From NCBI GenBank assembly GCA_963768425.1, contig CAVYHV010000010.1, positions 64,001-128,000 on the forward strand: a DNA stretch of 64,000 nucleotides, read 5' to 3'. Shown one piece after another: positions 29,738 to 41,902 of the stretch; position 1 is the first letter of the stretch; each line of letters begins with the position of its first letter. The notes beneath the pieces are model-generated. The model was not told the DNA's origin, ran no database searches, and saw only the letters and a list, made by a program, of their open reading frames with translations. The stretch is from Candidatus Bathyarchaeota archaeon (GTDB taxonomy: Archaea > Thermoproteota > Bathyarchaeia > Bathyarchaeales > Bathycorpusculaceae). Made by a program: the position numbers and the translations under genes.

Positions 29738-29773
29738 GTTTTTGTCTCCTTTTTCTGAAGCAAGCTACCTTTG

Positions 29774-30124
29774 TTAGTTTTCCGCTATCTCTCTTGCGAG
29801 TTCCTGTCTTTTCTTAAGTTGGTCTTTGAGAATGTCTCGTACGGTGTCGCATGCTTCATTGATCTTGGGATTAGTAACGCTATAGTAGATACTTGTTCCT
29901 TGCTTTCTCGTCTTGACAATGCCTATCTGCCGCATAAGTGCTAAGTGCTGAGAAAGGTTTGATTGACTTACGCCTATTATGTCAGTGAGTTCGTTTACGC
30001 TTTTTTCGCCGTCTTTGAGTATGTGTAGAATTGCTATTCTAATCGGGTTCGCAAGTGTTTTTGATATTGTTGCTTGCAAGTTGTAAAGCGTCATATCGAT
30101 TTTCGGTTTTTCCGTTTGCTTCAT
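29774..30124 (-). CDS. ArsR/SmtB-family regulator
   Basis: KTLANPIRIAIL, SQSNLSQHLALMR, KQGTSIYYS. Confidence 0.92.
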   Translation of the reverse strand: MKQTEKPKIDMTLYNLQATISKTLANPIRIAILHILKDGEKSVNELTDIIGVSQSNLSQHLALMRQIGIVKTRKQGTSIYYSVTNPKINEACDTVRDILKDQLKKRQELAREIAEN

Positions 30125-30125
30125 T

Positions 30126-30143
30126 AGAATATTATAATATTCT
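30126..30143. promoter_or_regulatory. 18-bp perfect palindrome AGAATATTATAATATTCT, probable ArsR autoregulatory operator
   Basis: Abuts the arsR-family start codon at 30124. Confidence 0.7.
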
Positions 30144-30202
30144 CATGTCTTTTAAAGTTTTATTGAACAACGTTTAATTCCCTGAAAATTAGGTGTCTAC
30201 TT

Positions 30203-30862
30203 ATGAGACGAATTCATATCTTTCTCTTCGTCCTTTCGCTCACCTTAGCAGTTTTGTTAACTCTTGCATTAATGTCATGGTATTTTTCCGTTACAGCTTC
30301 GTCTTATTATGGGTCAAGTTGGATGAAGCAGATGTGGAGTGGAGCGGGTTACTCTGGAAACATTAGTAGTTATGCCGGAATGGGTGGTATGATGGGGAAC
30401 GGTGGCACAACAACCACTTCAACCTCATTCTTGTGGCTTATTCCTGCATTGTTGGGTACAGTAGTCGGTGTTGCCGTCGTTGGAGTCGCTTTCTATTATG
30501 CCTACCCAGAACTCAAGTACATCAGAGGAAACACAACATGCAATACCAGCACTTCTAACATTCAGTCTAAAACGAACACCACAAGCCCAGCAAGAGAAAC
30601 AAGAGCCAGTGCAGAGGTACCTAATGTTTCAAACAATTGCGATGTAATACTAAAAACGATGACTCCTGAAGAAAAGAAGGTTTTAGGTGTGATAGTTGCG
30701 CATCAGGGAAAGTACTTGCAAAAGTATGTTTCAAAGGAAGCTGGACTAAGTAGGCTTAAGACCCATCGGATTGTTGCTCGGTTTGCGCAACGTGGCATTG
30801 TTACTGTCAAAGAGTTTGGTAACACTAATGAGATAGTTGTTTCTGATTGGGTCAAAAGCTAA
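30203..30862 (+). CDS. Membrane-anchored winged-helix protein
   Basis: Two TM segments flanking a GMGGMMG loop; C-terminal MarR-like LQK...GLSRLKTHR...GNTN. Confidence 0.8.
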   Translation: MRRIHIFLFVLSLTLAVLLTLALMSWYFSVTASSYYGSSWMKQMWSGAGYSGNISSYAGMGGMMGNGGTTTTSTSFLWLIPALLGTVVGVAVVGVAFYYAYPELKYIRGNTTCNTSTSNIQSKTNTTSPARETRASAEVPNVSNNCDVILKTMTPEEKKVLGVIVAHQGKYLQKYVSKEAGLSRLKTHRIVARFAQRGIVTVKEFGNTNEIVVSDWVKS

Positions 30863-30875
30863 CACCTTGGCTATT

Positions 30876-31009
30876 CAATTGCACTTAGATTTGGGATTCT
30901 TGGGTTCCCGTTCTTTACGTTCGTTCGTTAGGAGTTCGGCGAATAATAGAGCCTCTTCACTGATCAATTTGTCAACGGTTTGCCAATGGCTAACTTTGAT
31001 TCTTTCAAT
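30876..31009 (-). pseudogene. Probable 3' remnant of a cas1-solo (casposase-like) gene
   Basis: Minus frame IERIKVSHWQTVDKLISEEALLFAELLTNERKEREP then RIPNL after a 1-nt shift; resembles my recollection of the Bathyarchaeia Cas1-solo C-terminus; unverified. Confidence 0.55.
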
Positions 31010-31357
31010 GTTATCCGCCAACGCAAAACGGCGTCCAAGTACGTTTGAAAAAAAATAATGGTATCTTTCTGTCGTTTGCTTCTAGTGATTAAAAGAGTTG
31101 TCATGTAACAGTCACATATTTTTAAATACGTTATCCACTAAGAATGTGAACTTGGAATAAGTCAAGTGTTAAAAAATTCTGGCGCTATTAAGTAAACTAA
31201 GCTACCTGTGCAAAGACATTGGAAGAAAAAGGTAAAGGATTAATCAAGTTAAGATGATTCAAGAACCCCTTTTGATGCAAGCGCATGTTTAATTAAACAT
31301 CTTTGGTTCGGCTTCTAATAGATTAAACCGAATCAAGAAAAAGTTAGGATAAAAAAC

Positions 31358-32328
31358 ATGAAGAAAACACAAACCCTACTAATCGCATTTCTAATTTTAT
31401 TATTAATCTGCGCCTTCTCGAGCGGTTTTTGGACTACTAAGGTTACGGCAATTGGCGCAGCCGCACCAGCGGCGAAACTAAAACCGACACCCACACCAAA
31501 AGCAACACCCACACCAACACCTAAACCAACACCAACCCCAACTTCTAGTCCCACTCCAACTCCTGTCCCAACCCCTTCACCAACTCCCCAACCAACACGA
31601 ACCCCAACACCGACCCCAACTCCCACCCCAACACCAACACCTGAGCCAACCGCAACTCCGACACCAACGCCTAGCCCAACACCCACACCAACACCAACGC
31701 CAACGGCATCACCAACTCAGCCCCCGACACCTACCCCAACACCAACAATAACCCCAACGGACACACCCACAGCTATTCCCACTTCATCACCATCTCCAAC
31801 GCCAACTCCCACTCCAACTTCTATTCCAACCCCAACACCGACAAAAATGACATCGCCTAATCCAACCCCCACAGCAACAACAATACCAGTGACGCTAGGC
31901 AGTGGTGCTATAGTTGACCTTTCTGTCAGCGGAAACGTAAGTAGTTCACAGATATCCAACGCTTTGATCACATCAAACCAGACAAAAATAGCCACAGTGC
32001 TTTTCACAATAACAGGACCAAAAGGAACAATAGGCTTTTGCAACATGACTATTCCAAAAACCAATGTACCCGACGAAGCAAGCCCACTTGTATACGTAGA
32101 CAACCAGCAGGCCAAAACCAAGGCTACACAGAAGACGATAACAACTTCTATGTATGGTACACAACAAACTTCAGCACACATCAAATCTCAATACAATTCG
32201 CAATACCTCCAACGTCAAAAGCATCATTGGGATCGATGCTCGCTATCGTCATTACGATCCCCGAAATAATTTCAGTCTTCACAATTATAGCTATCAAAAA
32301 CTTAAGACGGAAACCTGAAGACATATAG
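31358..32328 (+). CDS. Pro/Thr-rich membrane-anchored surface protein (frameshift near 32110)
   Basis: Signal peptide, long (PT)n stalk, [13 protein letters not shown] domain; C-terminal TM helix in the second frame (32038-32328). Confidence 0.8.
31481..31880 (+). repeat. Coding (Pro-Thr)n low-complexity repeat
   Basis: CCA/ACA-rich hexamer periodicity. Confidence 0.9.
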
Positions 32329-32386
32329 CCCGCTACCTTCCCCGACATTGACTATAGATATTCAAGCGGATAACCCGAAAAAAACT

Positions 32387-33372
32387 TTAGTTTTTGATTG
32401 CAATTTGGAACGAGCACTCGAATGGATATGGACCTAAAGTGGCTTCTGCATTCACCTTGTAATTACCCTCGCTGAGGTTAGGACTGGCAGTAACTGTTAG
32501 AGCATATAGATTTCCTGAAACGTTGCTGTAAATTATGTCAATGGGGTTTGGTGAAAATTTGGCGATGAACCCTGAAGGTACTGTGGCATTTAGGCTTAGC
32601 TTGTCTTTTGTGGCACATGCGAAAATCACTGTTGCGCTTTCTCCGTGAGCAATGTTGATTGTTGGCTGAGGAAAGGGCGCGGGAACTTGAGGAGTGTATG
32701 CTGGGGTCGTTATTGGCAGGGTGACCGATGTATTTGACGGCGCAGGAACATTTGAGGGCAAAATTATGGGTGGAGCAGTTGGAGTAATGTCGTATTCAGT
32801 TACTATGTAAAGGCATGAGGGAACTGTGTTTGCAATCAATAACGCGGGAGGGTCAACTGCGTCTCCTTCTATGTAATAAGGATATTCTTGCTTGTTGGTT
32901 TGTATGTCGATTGTAGGCCAGTAGAATGCTGAAGGTGCATCTTTGTCAGCAGTTATCGTAAGAACTGATGTTGCATTAGGCAGGGATTGAAGGTGAAGTT
33001 TGAAGGAGAAAAGCTGAATTGTACACCGTTGGTCGTATCGTTGGGTTCCCCCAAATATATACTCAATGTAGCGTTAAACGGGACTTGCGCGCTTGAATGG
33101 ATGTTAAATGGTATGGTACCGGTGCCTCCTGGTGGCAGTGTGAATAGCGGGGAAATATTCGGCCCCTCAACTAACTGCGAGGAAGTAAAACCTTCTGAAG
33201 CATTTAACTCAACGTTGGCAAAAACTGGAGTTAAAAACGGTGTAGCTAATGGATGCTGAGTTATCGGCGAATTTGCAAAGAGAATAATGATTGCTAAAAT
33301 TGAAACCAATGCAATTAAAGCGATACTGATTGGAAACAGGGTTCTTTTCCTCTTTGCTCTCATAAACTGCAT
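32387..33372 (-). CDS. Secreted protein with two Ig-like domains (frameshift near 32980)
   Basis: The gap 32839-32960 reads openly in the downstream frame (LTITADKDAPSAFYWP...), joining the two ORFs; N-terminal TM helix; repeated FSP motif. Confidence 0.72.
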
Positions 33373-33969
33373 CAGCCGGTTTCATGGTCAAATAAAGCTT
33401 AGCGCCTTAGTTAAATTCCCTTAAGAGCATCTAACGATTTAAGGCTAAGCATTAGTACAATCGAGATAGTAAAATTTTCACTTACATTTAACACAGTTGG
33501 GAAGCCACGCAGGCTCTTTTCAAGAAGAATTCTATGTGGACTTAGGACTTATTTTGCGGCCAAAGTTTAAGAAAAAAACAGGTCAAGGACATGTTACCGG
33601 CCACCTATCAAATGGATTATTTCACGTATCATAACGACCACGCAAGGATACACTATGAAAGCACACAAATTCACCATTACCATTTTGCCATCTCCAGTTG
33701 TGTTTCCGAAAAGAGTACTGCTTGCTTAACTTCCGAAAGCACATCAAAAACACTAGGAACATGATCAATTTTCTTGATTGAGTTCAAGAAGCCTTCTCCC
33801 CTTTCCAACCCAGACAACCTAACGAATTCCGGGCTTTAAGGAGAGTTTCTAAACTTGAAATATATCGTGCATTGGAGTTAAACGAGAAACGCAAATAATT
33901 TCCAGGTTAAACCTTTTTCAGAAGACTAAAAATAACAAAAAAGGGGAATAGATTATTTGTTTTCCCATT

Positions 33970-36625
33970 TTATGGATGTCTTCTCAGCAGAAGCAATCCG
34001 ACTATGGCTATTGCTATTATTATGGCGATTACTCCAATAGCCATGTACGTCAAAAGATTTGTGTTTGTAGCGAGGTTCGAAACGTTAGGCGTAGATGTTG
34101 GTGCTGTGGTTGGTGTCGTTCCAGCGTTGAGGTGTGTTTCAGCGGATGATGGCCAATAACCGTTTGTTCCTGCGAAAGTGGCGTAGACCGTGAAGTTACC
34201 TGCTATGCTCGGCGTCCATGTCAGGCTGAAGGTGCCGCTTGAGTCAGTTGTGGCTGTGCCGATTGGGTAGTGGTTGCCGTTGGAGTCTAAAACTGCGAGT
34301 TGCACTGGAACACCAGTGAAGTTGGTCGGTTTCATTTGTTGCTGGTAAACGTAGCCCATCCACTCTCTCATACTTGCGTCCGAAGAGCATGGAACTCCGT
34401 TCGGGAAATCAGCTGCTTGTTGATTTTGCTTTGTGCCAGCCGAAATATCCATCACTGAACCGGTAATTGTGACTGGCGTCGAAGTTGTTACTCCAACCTG
34501 TGGTGCGCTAACTGTAGTTGCGCTTGGTCCTCTGCCTATGCTGTAGATTTGGTTGTCGTAAGCGTTGAAGAAGGTTGCGTAGCCGTCTGCGATTGCACCG
34601 CCTGGTAGACCAACGCCTAAGCCGTTGCTATCATCTGAAAGTGTCCAGATTTCTTTTCCAGTTGTTTCGTTAATTGCTCGCGCCAAGGCGCCCTTGTAAA
34701 TTGGGGTTTCGACGTCATGTTCGCTTGTGAGAATATAGACCACTCCGTTGCCAATAGCGTATATAACTGCTGGGTAGTTGGGGAAAGCTGTAGCCAAGCC
34801 GCCGCTTGTATTATTTCCTTCGCCACCGTTGCCGTATGTCCACAATAGATTTCCGTTTGTCGTATCATAGCAGTAGACTACTCCGCCGTATCCTATTTGG
34901 AAGAGTTTTCCGTCTGCCATGGGGTTGCCTTCGTTGTAGAATGCAAGAGGACTATCGCAATGAGTGACTGGTCCCCAAAGCTTCTCGCCTGTGCTCAAAC
35001 TATAACCTACGAATTGCAGAGTTTCTTTGTAAGCTTCGGTGAAAACGCCAGCCGACGGATCTGCTCCGTTGAATGAGACAGAAATGTTGCCAGGTGGAGC
35101 GGTAAGTGTTTGAGTCCAAAGCATCGAACCGATTGTCCCTTTGTTTGGATTGAGGTTGATTGCATAGTATGTGTAAGGAGTCCAGCTTGCCACAGTAAAT
35201 GCGCTCGCGGATCCTGGGTAAGTGCCACTCTCGCAAAGCATCATGTTACCAGCATAAGCGACAAGTATGGTTGGTGCCACCGCTAAAGTGTTAAGCGATG
35301 GTTCTGAAACGTTCCAGTCATATAAGCTTGAACTGCTTCCATCAGTGATCGGAGGAGCATTAGATGGTGTTGTTGACAAGCCTGAGTATTGACTGTTCCA
35401 CAATTTTGACGAGTTCCACTGGTCTAAGTAATACTGCGGTTTCGTTGGGGTGCCATCGTTTGCAAAAACATATGACAAATACTCGCCATTTGGACCCATT
35501 GCTGATGCGCCTGCTGGAATGTTAGACACAGAGAACATGAAAGCTCCTGTGTCAGCGTCATATGCTTGCCACTGAATTGGAGACGGAGAGGCCGAAAAAG
35601 CCAAAACCGCCCGTTTGCGAAATCAGAAGAGGTATCGTAGCGCCGTGTTGGTTGGGATCTTGAATATCATAGATGTAACCGAAAGTGGGTGACGGCACAG
35701 TGGTTGAAGACCAAATAATTTGTCCTGTAAGCAAATCAACGCAGACAGTTGGTCCTCCAGTGGGTGCATTGTATCCCAGCGGTTCCGAGTAGTACAACAT
35801 GCCATCCATTATTATCGGATTGGTGTACCTTAACGAGTATGCAGATCCATCAGTATATGTGTAGCCTGGAATTAGAGAGTTGTTTCCACCAACGACTCCA
35901 CCGCTCTGAAGCGGTTTAGTCCACATGATATGGCCTGTTAATGGTCCAACGCCGTTCGGCACCAAACCGGGGTTAGCCAGTCCACTAGCTGCTGATTCGT
36001 AACCTGGTGCATTTCTGCCTAGATAGTTTGATGAAACCGTATACCAGTTAGAGTTCGTGCCATAGATTGGTCTTGTCCAATACGTCGTAGGAAGTGGAGT
36101 TGTTGGGTATACCGGTACTGGTGATTGCTGAACCGTGAGCGTTGCTGAAGCGGAGCTTGGCTCGTAATAATCACCAATGTATTGGCTTGGTGCTGGGGGA
36201 CCAAACATGCTTGAGACAGCCTGGGTGAAAGTGAATGTTTGCCCTGGGAAAGTAAAGTTGAACGTGTACGTGCCTGTTTCCGAAGCAGTGAATGAGTAGT
36301 CCTGATTTGATGTTGGATCTGTAACTACTGCAAAGGTCTCTACGGTTTTCTTACCGTCGGGGGCAGTTATTGTTAGCTGATAGTTTTCGAAGCGGATATT
36401 ATTATTGAGGGCTGCACTGTCGATTACTTTGTCAAGAAACATGTCGACATGTACGAATTGTCCGACGCCAACTGGGTTAGGTGAAGCATAAATGTATGCG
36501 TATGTTGGAATTTGCCAGGGAGGAGTATGAGCACTGGTTGTTGGTATTAATATCATTGAGCTTGCCATTAAAACTGACAAGAGAATAGCCATTGTAATAG
36601 CCAAGAATTTGTTTTTCATTTGCAT
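33970..36625 (-). CDS. Large membrane-anchored surface protein, paralog 2 (frameshift near 35590)
   Basis: ORFs 35558-36625 and 33970-35604 together are colinear with paralogs 1 and 3. Confidence 0.87.
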
Positions 36626-36667
36626 TTTTTCTCCTTTTTTCTGTAAGCAGCGATTCTTCCAAGTAAG

Positions 36668-36702
36668 GTATTAAGCGTTTGTAAGTAATGCCTCTACTTA
36701 CA
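36668..36702 (-). promoter_or_regulatory. Operator TGTAAGTA-N7-TACTTACA directly upstream of BRE/TATA of paralog 2
   Basis: 8-bp inverted repeat 36680-36702; minus-strand AAACG-CTTAATAC promoter-like element adjacent. Confidence 0.6.
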
Positions 36703-36757
36703 TTCTGCAAAAATTAATAAGCACTTTGCATCAAAAGACTAACCAGAGAAAACTCTC

Positions 36758-37603
36758 ATGATTCAAAACGACAACACATTGACTCAAACGATGTTGGAAT
36801 TGGGACTGACATTTCTGCAAGCAAAAATATATCTAGCTCTTGTCAAGCTTCAAGAAGCTGGAGCGAAGAAGATTTCAGCAGCCTCAAACGTGGCGCGGCC
36901 AGATGTTTACCGAGTACTGCCTGCCCTTGAAGAAATAGGTCTTGTAGAAAAAATAATAGCTAAACCAACTCAGTACAAAGCCACCCCAATAAAAGAAGGC
37001 TGCAACATTTTACTTCAGACAAAAACCAAAGAATACACAGCCCTGCATCAAAACACAATGAACCTGATCAAAAACTTCGATAGCAAAAAAGACGATATAA
37101 CATTGCATGACTTGACGCTGGAACAGTTTTCGTTGATAACTTCAAAAGCTCTTCTCTTAAAAAAGTTTGAAATTGAAGACTCTTCTGCAGAGAACAGCAT
37201 CGATGTTATCGGTAATTGGAATCTTGTTAGAAATCTCATCTTTAATCACCTACACATATTTGAAAAAGCTCTGAAGAAAGGAGTAAAGATTCGTGCAGTA
37301 ACCGAAAAATTCGATGAAAATGAGTTTGATGATAAAGTCTTACTGAAGTTCAAGGGCAACCCCCTGTTTGAGATTAGGCACCTTGATAGGCCTATTCCAA
37401 CTAAGACAGCGATTTATGACTCAAAGAAAGCAAACATGTGCGTTAGAACAATTGATGATGGCGAAATAGAGCCCAGCTTATGGTCTGACAATCCACAATT
37501 TGTCAAAGTAATCAAAGCCTACTTTGAAAACATATGGAACGAAGCACAAGAATACAACTTTGAAAACGATCAGGTATGCACACAAAGTATCGCAAACAAA
37601 TAA
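36758..37603 (+). CDS. TrmB-family transcriptional regulator
   Basis: LGLTFLQAKIYLAL, VARPDVYR, LWSDNP...YFENIW. Confidence 0.9.
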   Translation: MIQNDNTLTQTMLELGLTFLQAKIYLALVKLQEAGAKKISAASNVARPDVYRVLPALEEIGLVEKIIAKPTQYKATPIKEGCNILLQTKTKEYTALHQNTMNLIKNFDSKKDDITLHDLTLEQFSLITSKALLLKKFEIEDSSAENSIDVIGNWNLVRNLIFNHLHIFEKALKKGVKIRAVTEKFDENEFDDKVLLKFKGNPLFEIRHLDRPIPTKTAIYDSKKANMCVRTIDDGEIEPSLWSDNPQFVKVIKAYFENIWNEAQEYNFENDQVCTQSIANK

Positions 37604-37936
37604 TATTCCAAAGACTTCGAACTAATGTTATTGGGCAATTGTACTTGCAATTGTACTTTTAATATTGAATTGGCGTTTGAATCCCTTCCTCAGGATTTTT
37701 TGGGTTAAGGATGTTTTCAAAAATAAAGAGTAGGGAAGTATGAAACCATTAAGGGTTTGCTGAGGCTCTGGAAACTAAGGAAGAAAATTCCTTTTCTTTA
37801 GGAGAAAAAAGAAAAAGTTCAATTCTTCAAATGCAGCTATTTTGAATGTAACCAGAGCCTTCTCAGCCTCCTGTTTTGTCTTAAGTTTTTTTAAAAAATT
37901 AAAAAAAGGGAAAGATTTTTTGTGGTTGTCTGTTTC

Positions 37937-40653
37937 TCACGCTTTTTTCCTAAGGATTAGTATGCCGACTATGGCTATTGCGATGATTATGGCGATTACT
38001 GCAGCAGCGATTCCGTAAGTTAGGGCGGACATTGTTGCTACGTCTGATTGAGGAGTTGCGGTTGGCACAGGCGTTGATGGCGCGCTTTGTATAGCCATGT
38101 TAGTTTCAGCGTTTGAAGGCCAATAGCCATTGCTTCCACCGAAAGTAGCGTAGACAGTGTAGGAGCCAGGGATATCTTTAGGAGTCCAAGTGAAATGGAA
38201 CATGCCGTTTGCATCAGTTGTCGCTGTGCCGATTGTGTATGTGTTGTTATTGGGATCAAACACCGATAATGTAACGGTAACGCCCGTGAAGTTGATTGGT
38301 TTTGGTTGTTGCTGGTAAACGTAGCCCATCCAAGCAGTCATGCTAGCTTCAGACGAAACTGGAACTCCGTTTGGAAAGTCTGCTTTCTGTTCTGCTTGCT
38401 GTGTGCCCGAAGAAACGTCCATCACTGTGCCTTGTATAACTACGCTGGTGCCTGCTGAGATAGAGGTCAATGGTGCCTGCACTGTGGTGGCGCTTGGTCC
38501 GCGGCCGACGCTGTAAACTGAGTTGTCATAGCCGTTGAAGAATGCTGCAAAGCCATCTGCAATAGCATAGCTGTTGGGTCCAACGAATTCACCAGTGTAA
38601 TCTGAAAGTTCCCAGATTTCTGCGCCAGTTGTTGCGTTGATGGCACGCGCCATAGCACCTTTGAAAATTGGCGTTTCGACAGTGTGTTCAGTAGTAATCA
38701 GGTAAACTACTCCATTGCCGATAGCTTGTATGAAAGTTGGATAGTAACCATAGGGTACGTTTAAGCCGCCATAAGTGCTGTTGCCTTCCCCGCCGTTACC
38801 GTATGTCCATTTTAGAGCGCCAGTTTTGTCGTTGTAGCAGTAGACTAAGCCGCCGAATCCGCAAGTGTAAAGGTTCCCGTAAGCAATCTCATCATCTGGG
38901 TTGCCATAGTAAGCAAGGGACGTTTGATCGCCCATTGGACCCCACAGTTCCCGTCCTGTAGTCATGCTGTAGCCAATCCATTGCCTGCTTTGCTGATATG
39001 ATTCAATGAAGACACGGGTCCCTGGATCGCATCCGACATCTAAGACCGTAATGTTGCCTGCTGGCGGGTTTAGTGTATTCCACCAAAGCACGCTGCCAAT
39101 TGGACCAATAGTTGAGTTGAGGTTGATTGCGAAGTACGTGTAGGGAGTATCGCTTGCGGCAGCCAAAGTATTACCATTTCCACTAGCCGGTAGAGTTCCA
39201 TTTCTGCAAATCAATATATCATTATAGTATGCGCCGATTATGACAAATGGAGCTGCACCAGGCATGGTGTTTGCAAAGGGTATTGAAATGTTCCAATCAT
39301 AAATGCTGCTTGCGGCTGCGTTGGGATTCAGAACTGTTGGTGTTCCAAACATACTATTGACTGACCAGAGTCTGGAAGAGTTCCATTCGCCCAGATACCA
39401 ATTGGGATTTGTAGGGGTGCCTGCATTATTCAAGACGTAGTTCAAGTATTCGCCGCTTGGGCCGCCTGGAAGCTGTCTTTCGCCGCCTCCGCTTAAGCTT
39501 GCTTCTGCACCTGAAGGGACATTAGTTATGTTCCACAGAGGAATTCCTGTGTATCCGTCGTAAATTTGCCAAGTCGTCCTAGGGATAAAGAATTGATTGT
39601 AGCTTGTTACGGAAACAACTAAGAGTGGTTCGATAACGCCGTGTTGATTGGGGTCTTGAAGGTCATAGATGTAACCGAAGGATAGACCAGCAGGTATAGA
39701 TGTGCTTTGCCAGACTTGTTGCCCCGTTTGTAGGTTGACGCAGTAAGTGCCGCTTATGTCTACAGGTCCGTTTCCGCCACCAAAGGAATAGGCCGAGGTC
39801 TGTTCGCTGTAGAAATTTATCGGTGCCTGATAGTAAAGTAGTCCGTCCATTATTATCGGGTTGGTGAATCTGTTGTCGTATGCCGAGCCTTCAAAATATG
39901 TATCTCCTGCGATAGAAGTAGTTGTATTTCCTCCGACGACTCCTCCAGCTTGAAGCGGCTTAGTCCACATGACATGGGCTGTTTGAGGTCCTATTGCGTC
40001 CGAGGGGTTGAGAGTCTCACCAAACCAGCTGCCAATTCCAGCGTAGCCAGGTGCAAAATCGCCTAGCCAGTTTGACGAAATCGTGTACCATGCTGTGTTT
40101 TCACCGTATATTGGTCGTGTCCAGTAAGTTGATGGCAATGGGGAGCTGCCTGTTGCTGCAGGAATGGGGTTTTGTTGAACCTTGATTGAAGTTGAAGCAG
40201 ATGCGGGCAGATAAGTGTCGCCTATGTAGGCTGAAAAGGGAGAGTGTGGGTAATCATTGACAACTTGTCCTGGAAAATTAAAGGTTAAGTTGTAGGTGCC
40301 AACTTGCGTGGGCGTATAGATTGTGTACTGGTCCGATGTTGGGTCAGTGATATCAGCAAAGGTTTCTTTCACGGGTGATCCGCTGGGCGGAGTAATAGTG
40401 AGTTGGTAGTTGTGGAATCTATAGTTGTTTGCTAACCCTGATTGGTCGTAAACTTGATCTAGCCACATGAATATGGTTATGGGTTGGCCACGCCTACGGG
40501 GTTAGGTGCTGCAGAAATGAAGGCATACACTTGAATATTTGCTGGAGGCGTGTGTGCACTAGCTTTTGGTATAAGCATCATTGAAGCTGTCATTGAAAGC
40601 ATTAAGAATATAGCAATTGAAATAATTAAAATCCTGTTTTTGGTTTTTTGCAT
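37937..40653 (-). CDS. Large membrane-anchored surface protein, paralog 3 (frameshift near 40490)
   Basis: True N-terminus MQKTKNRILIISIAIFLMLSMTASMMLIPKASAHTPP from ATG at 40653 joins ORF 37937-40468. Confidence 0.87.
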
Positions 40654-40876
40654 TTTTTCATTTCCTTTTTCTGTAGAATTTCGTTTGTTGGTAAAACGTA
40701 TTTAAGTGTTTTGTAAAAAATCTATTTATCGGACAATAGTAACAATAATAAGGTTAATTAGGGAATACTGTACGACAAATATGGAAAAAATCTAAATTGT
40801 TCTGCATTTGCCCCAAAATCGGCAGATCCCACATGGCGATAAGCACCGCAGGAAATTTCCATTCAAAAAAACTTAA

Positions 40877-41902
40877 ATGCCATTTCAGCAAATTAGTTGT
40901 TTTACACAAAGAGGAAGCCCCACGAAAGAAATCGATAAAATAGATGAAGAAATTCTGAAGAGCCTGCTAGAGGATGGCCGAAAGGAATTTGCACTAATTG
41001 CGAAACAGTGTGAGACATCTAAGAAAGTAATATGGAATCATTACAGAGAACTAGAGAAGGACAGAGTGATTGTTGGTTCAACAGTCCACTTGAATTACGC
41101 TTACTTCGGTTTCAACGCAGTTGGAAGCATTCAAATAAATGCCGAACTATCTCAAGTAGACAACATCAATAATGAAATAAGAAAAATTCCTAATATTTAT
41201 GGTGCTTATCGACTGGGAAAAAGCCCCACTACAAGTGTAATAGTAACGCTAAGAACGATTGATGAACTTGAAAAAGTCAAAGAAATAATAAAGAGAATCC
41301 CGGGAGTAATGGCGCTGCAAACAGAAATCTGGACAGGCGTAAAGAACATTCCGGAAAATTTGAAGATAAACTCTAGTTTGAGTAATTCGGGGGAATTTGT
41401 TGAAAAAAGCAAGACCTCTGTGCAAACTTCTGTTAGATCAATATGCAAAATTGATGAAATTGATAACAAAATCATCGAGAAGCTATCGTTTGATGGTCGC
41501 ATGTCTTTTAGAAAAATAGCTATGGAATTGGAAATTTCCACAGATACCGTCGCTAGGCGATATAAAGAGCTCAGACGCAACAATGCAATCAAAGTTCTAA
41601 TTCAAATTGACCCAGCGAAAATAGGGTATCTTGGTCATGCCATCTTCTTGATTGCTTTTGCATATCAAAAAACCGTGGGCTCCGTAGTTGAGACCATTTC
41701 CAAAATTCCGAATGTGACCTTAATAATGAGAACTAGTGGAAGCTATGATCTTTCTGTGTGGGTTTTGATAAAAAACCTTGAACAATTGATATGGGTTCAA
41801 GATGAAATCAGCAGCATACCCGGGATCACAAAAGTTCAAACATCTATCGTTAAAAGTCATTGTCCATGGCCTGGCCAGAAAGAGTACATGTCAACATTCT
41901 AG
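40877..41902 (+). CDS. Tandem (double) Lrp/AsnC transcriptional regulator
   Basis: Two ID.ID..I...L..DGR HTH plus RAM-domain repeats. Confidence 0.9.
   Translation: MPFQQISCFTQRGSPTKEIDKIDEEILKSLLEDGRKEFALIAKQCETSKKVIWNHYRELEKDRVIVGSTVHLNYAYFGFNAVGSIQINAELSQVDNINNEIRKIPNIYGAYRLGKSPTTSVIVTLRTIDELEKVKEIIKRIPGVMALQTEIWTGVKNIPENLKINSSLSNSGEFVEKSKTSVQTSVRSICKIDEIDNKIIEKLSFDGRMSFRKIAMELEISTDTVARRYKELRRNNAIKVLIQIDPAKIGYLGHAIFLIAFAYQKTVGSVVETISKIPNVTLIMRTSGSYDLSVWVLIKNLEQLIWVQDEISSIPGITKVQTSIVKSHCPWPGQKEYMSTF

Noticed and set aside
31252-31263. AGATGATTCAAG, a partial match to the array motif
   Set aside because: No upstream 10-bp repeats and no TGCA; insufficient alone
31333-32184. Gly-Val repeat ORFs on the minus strand
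   Set aside because: Antisense shadow of the Pro-Thr stalk
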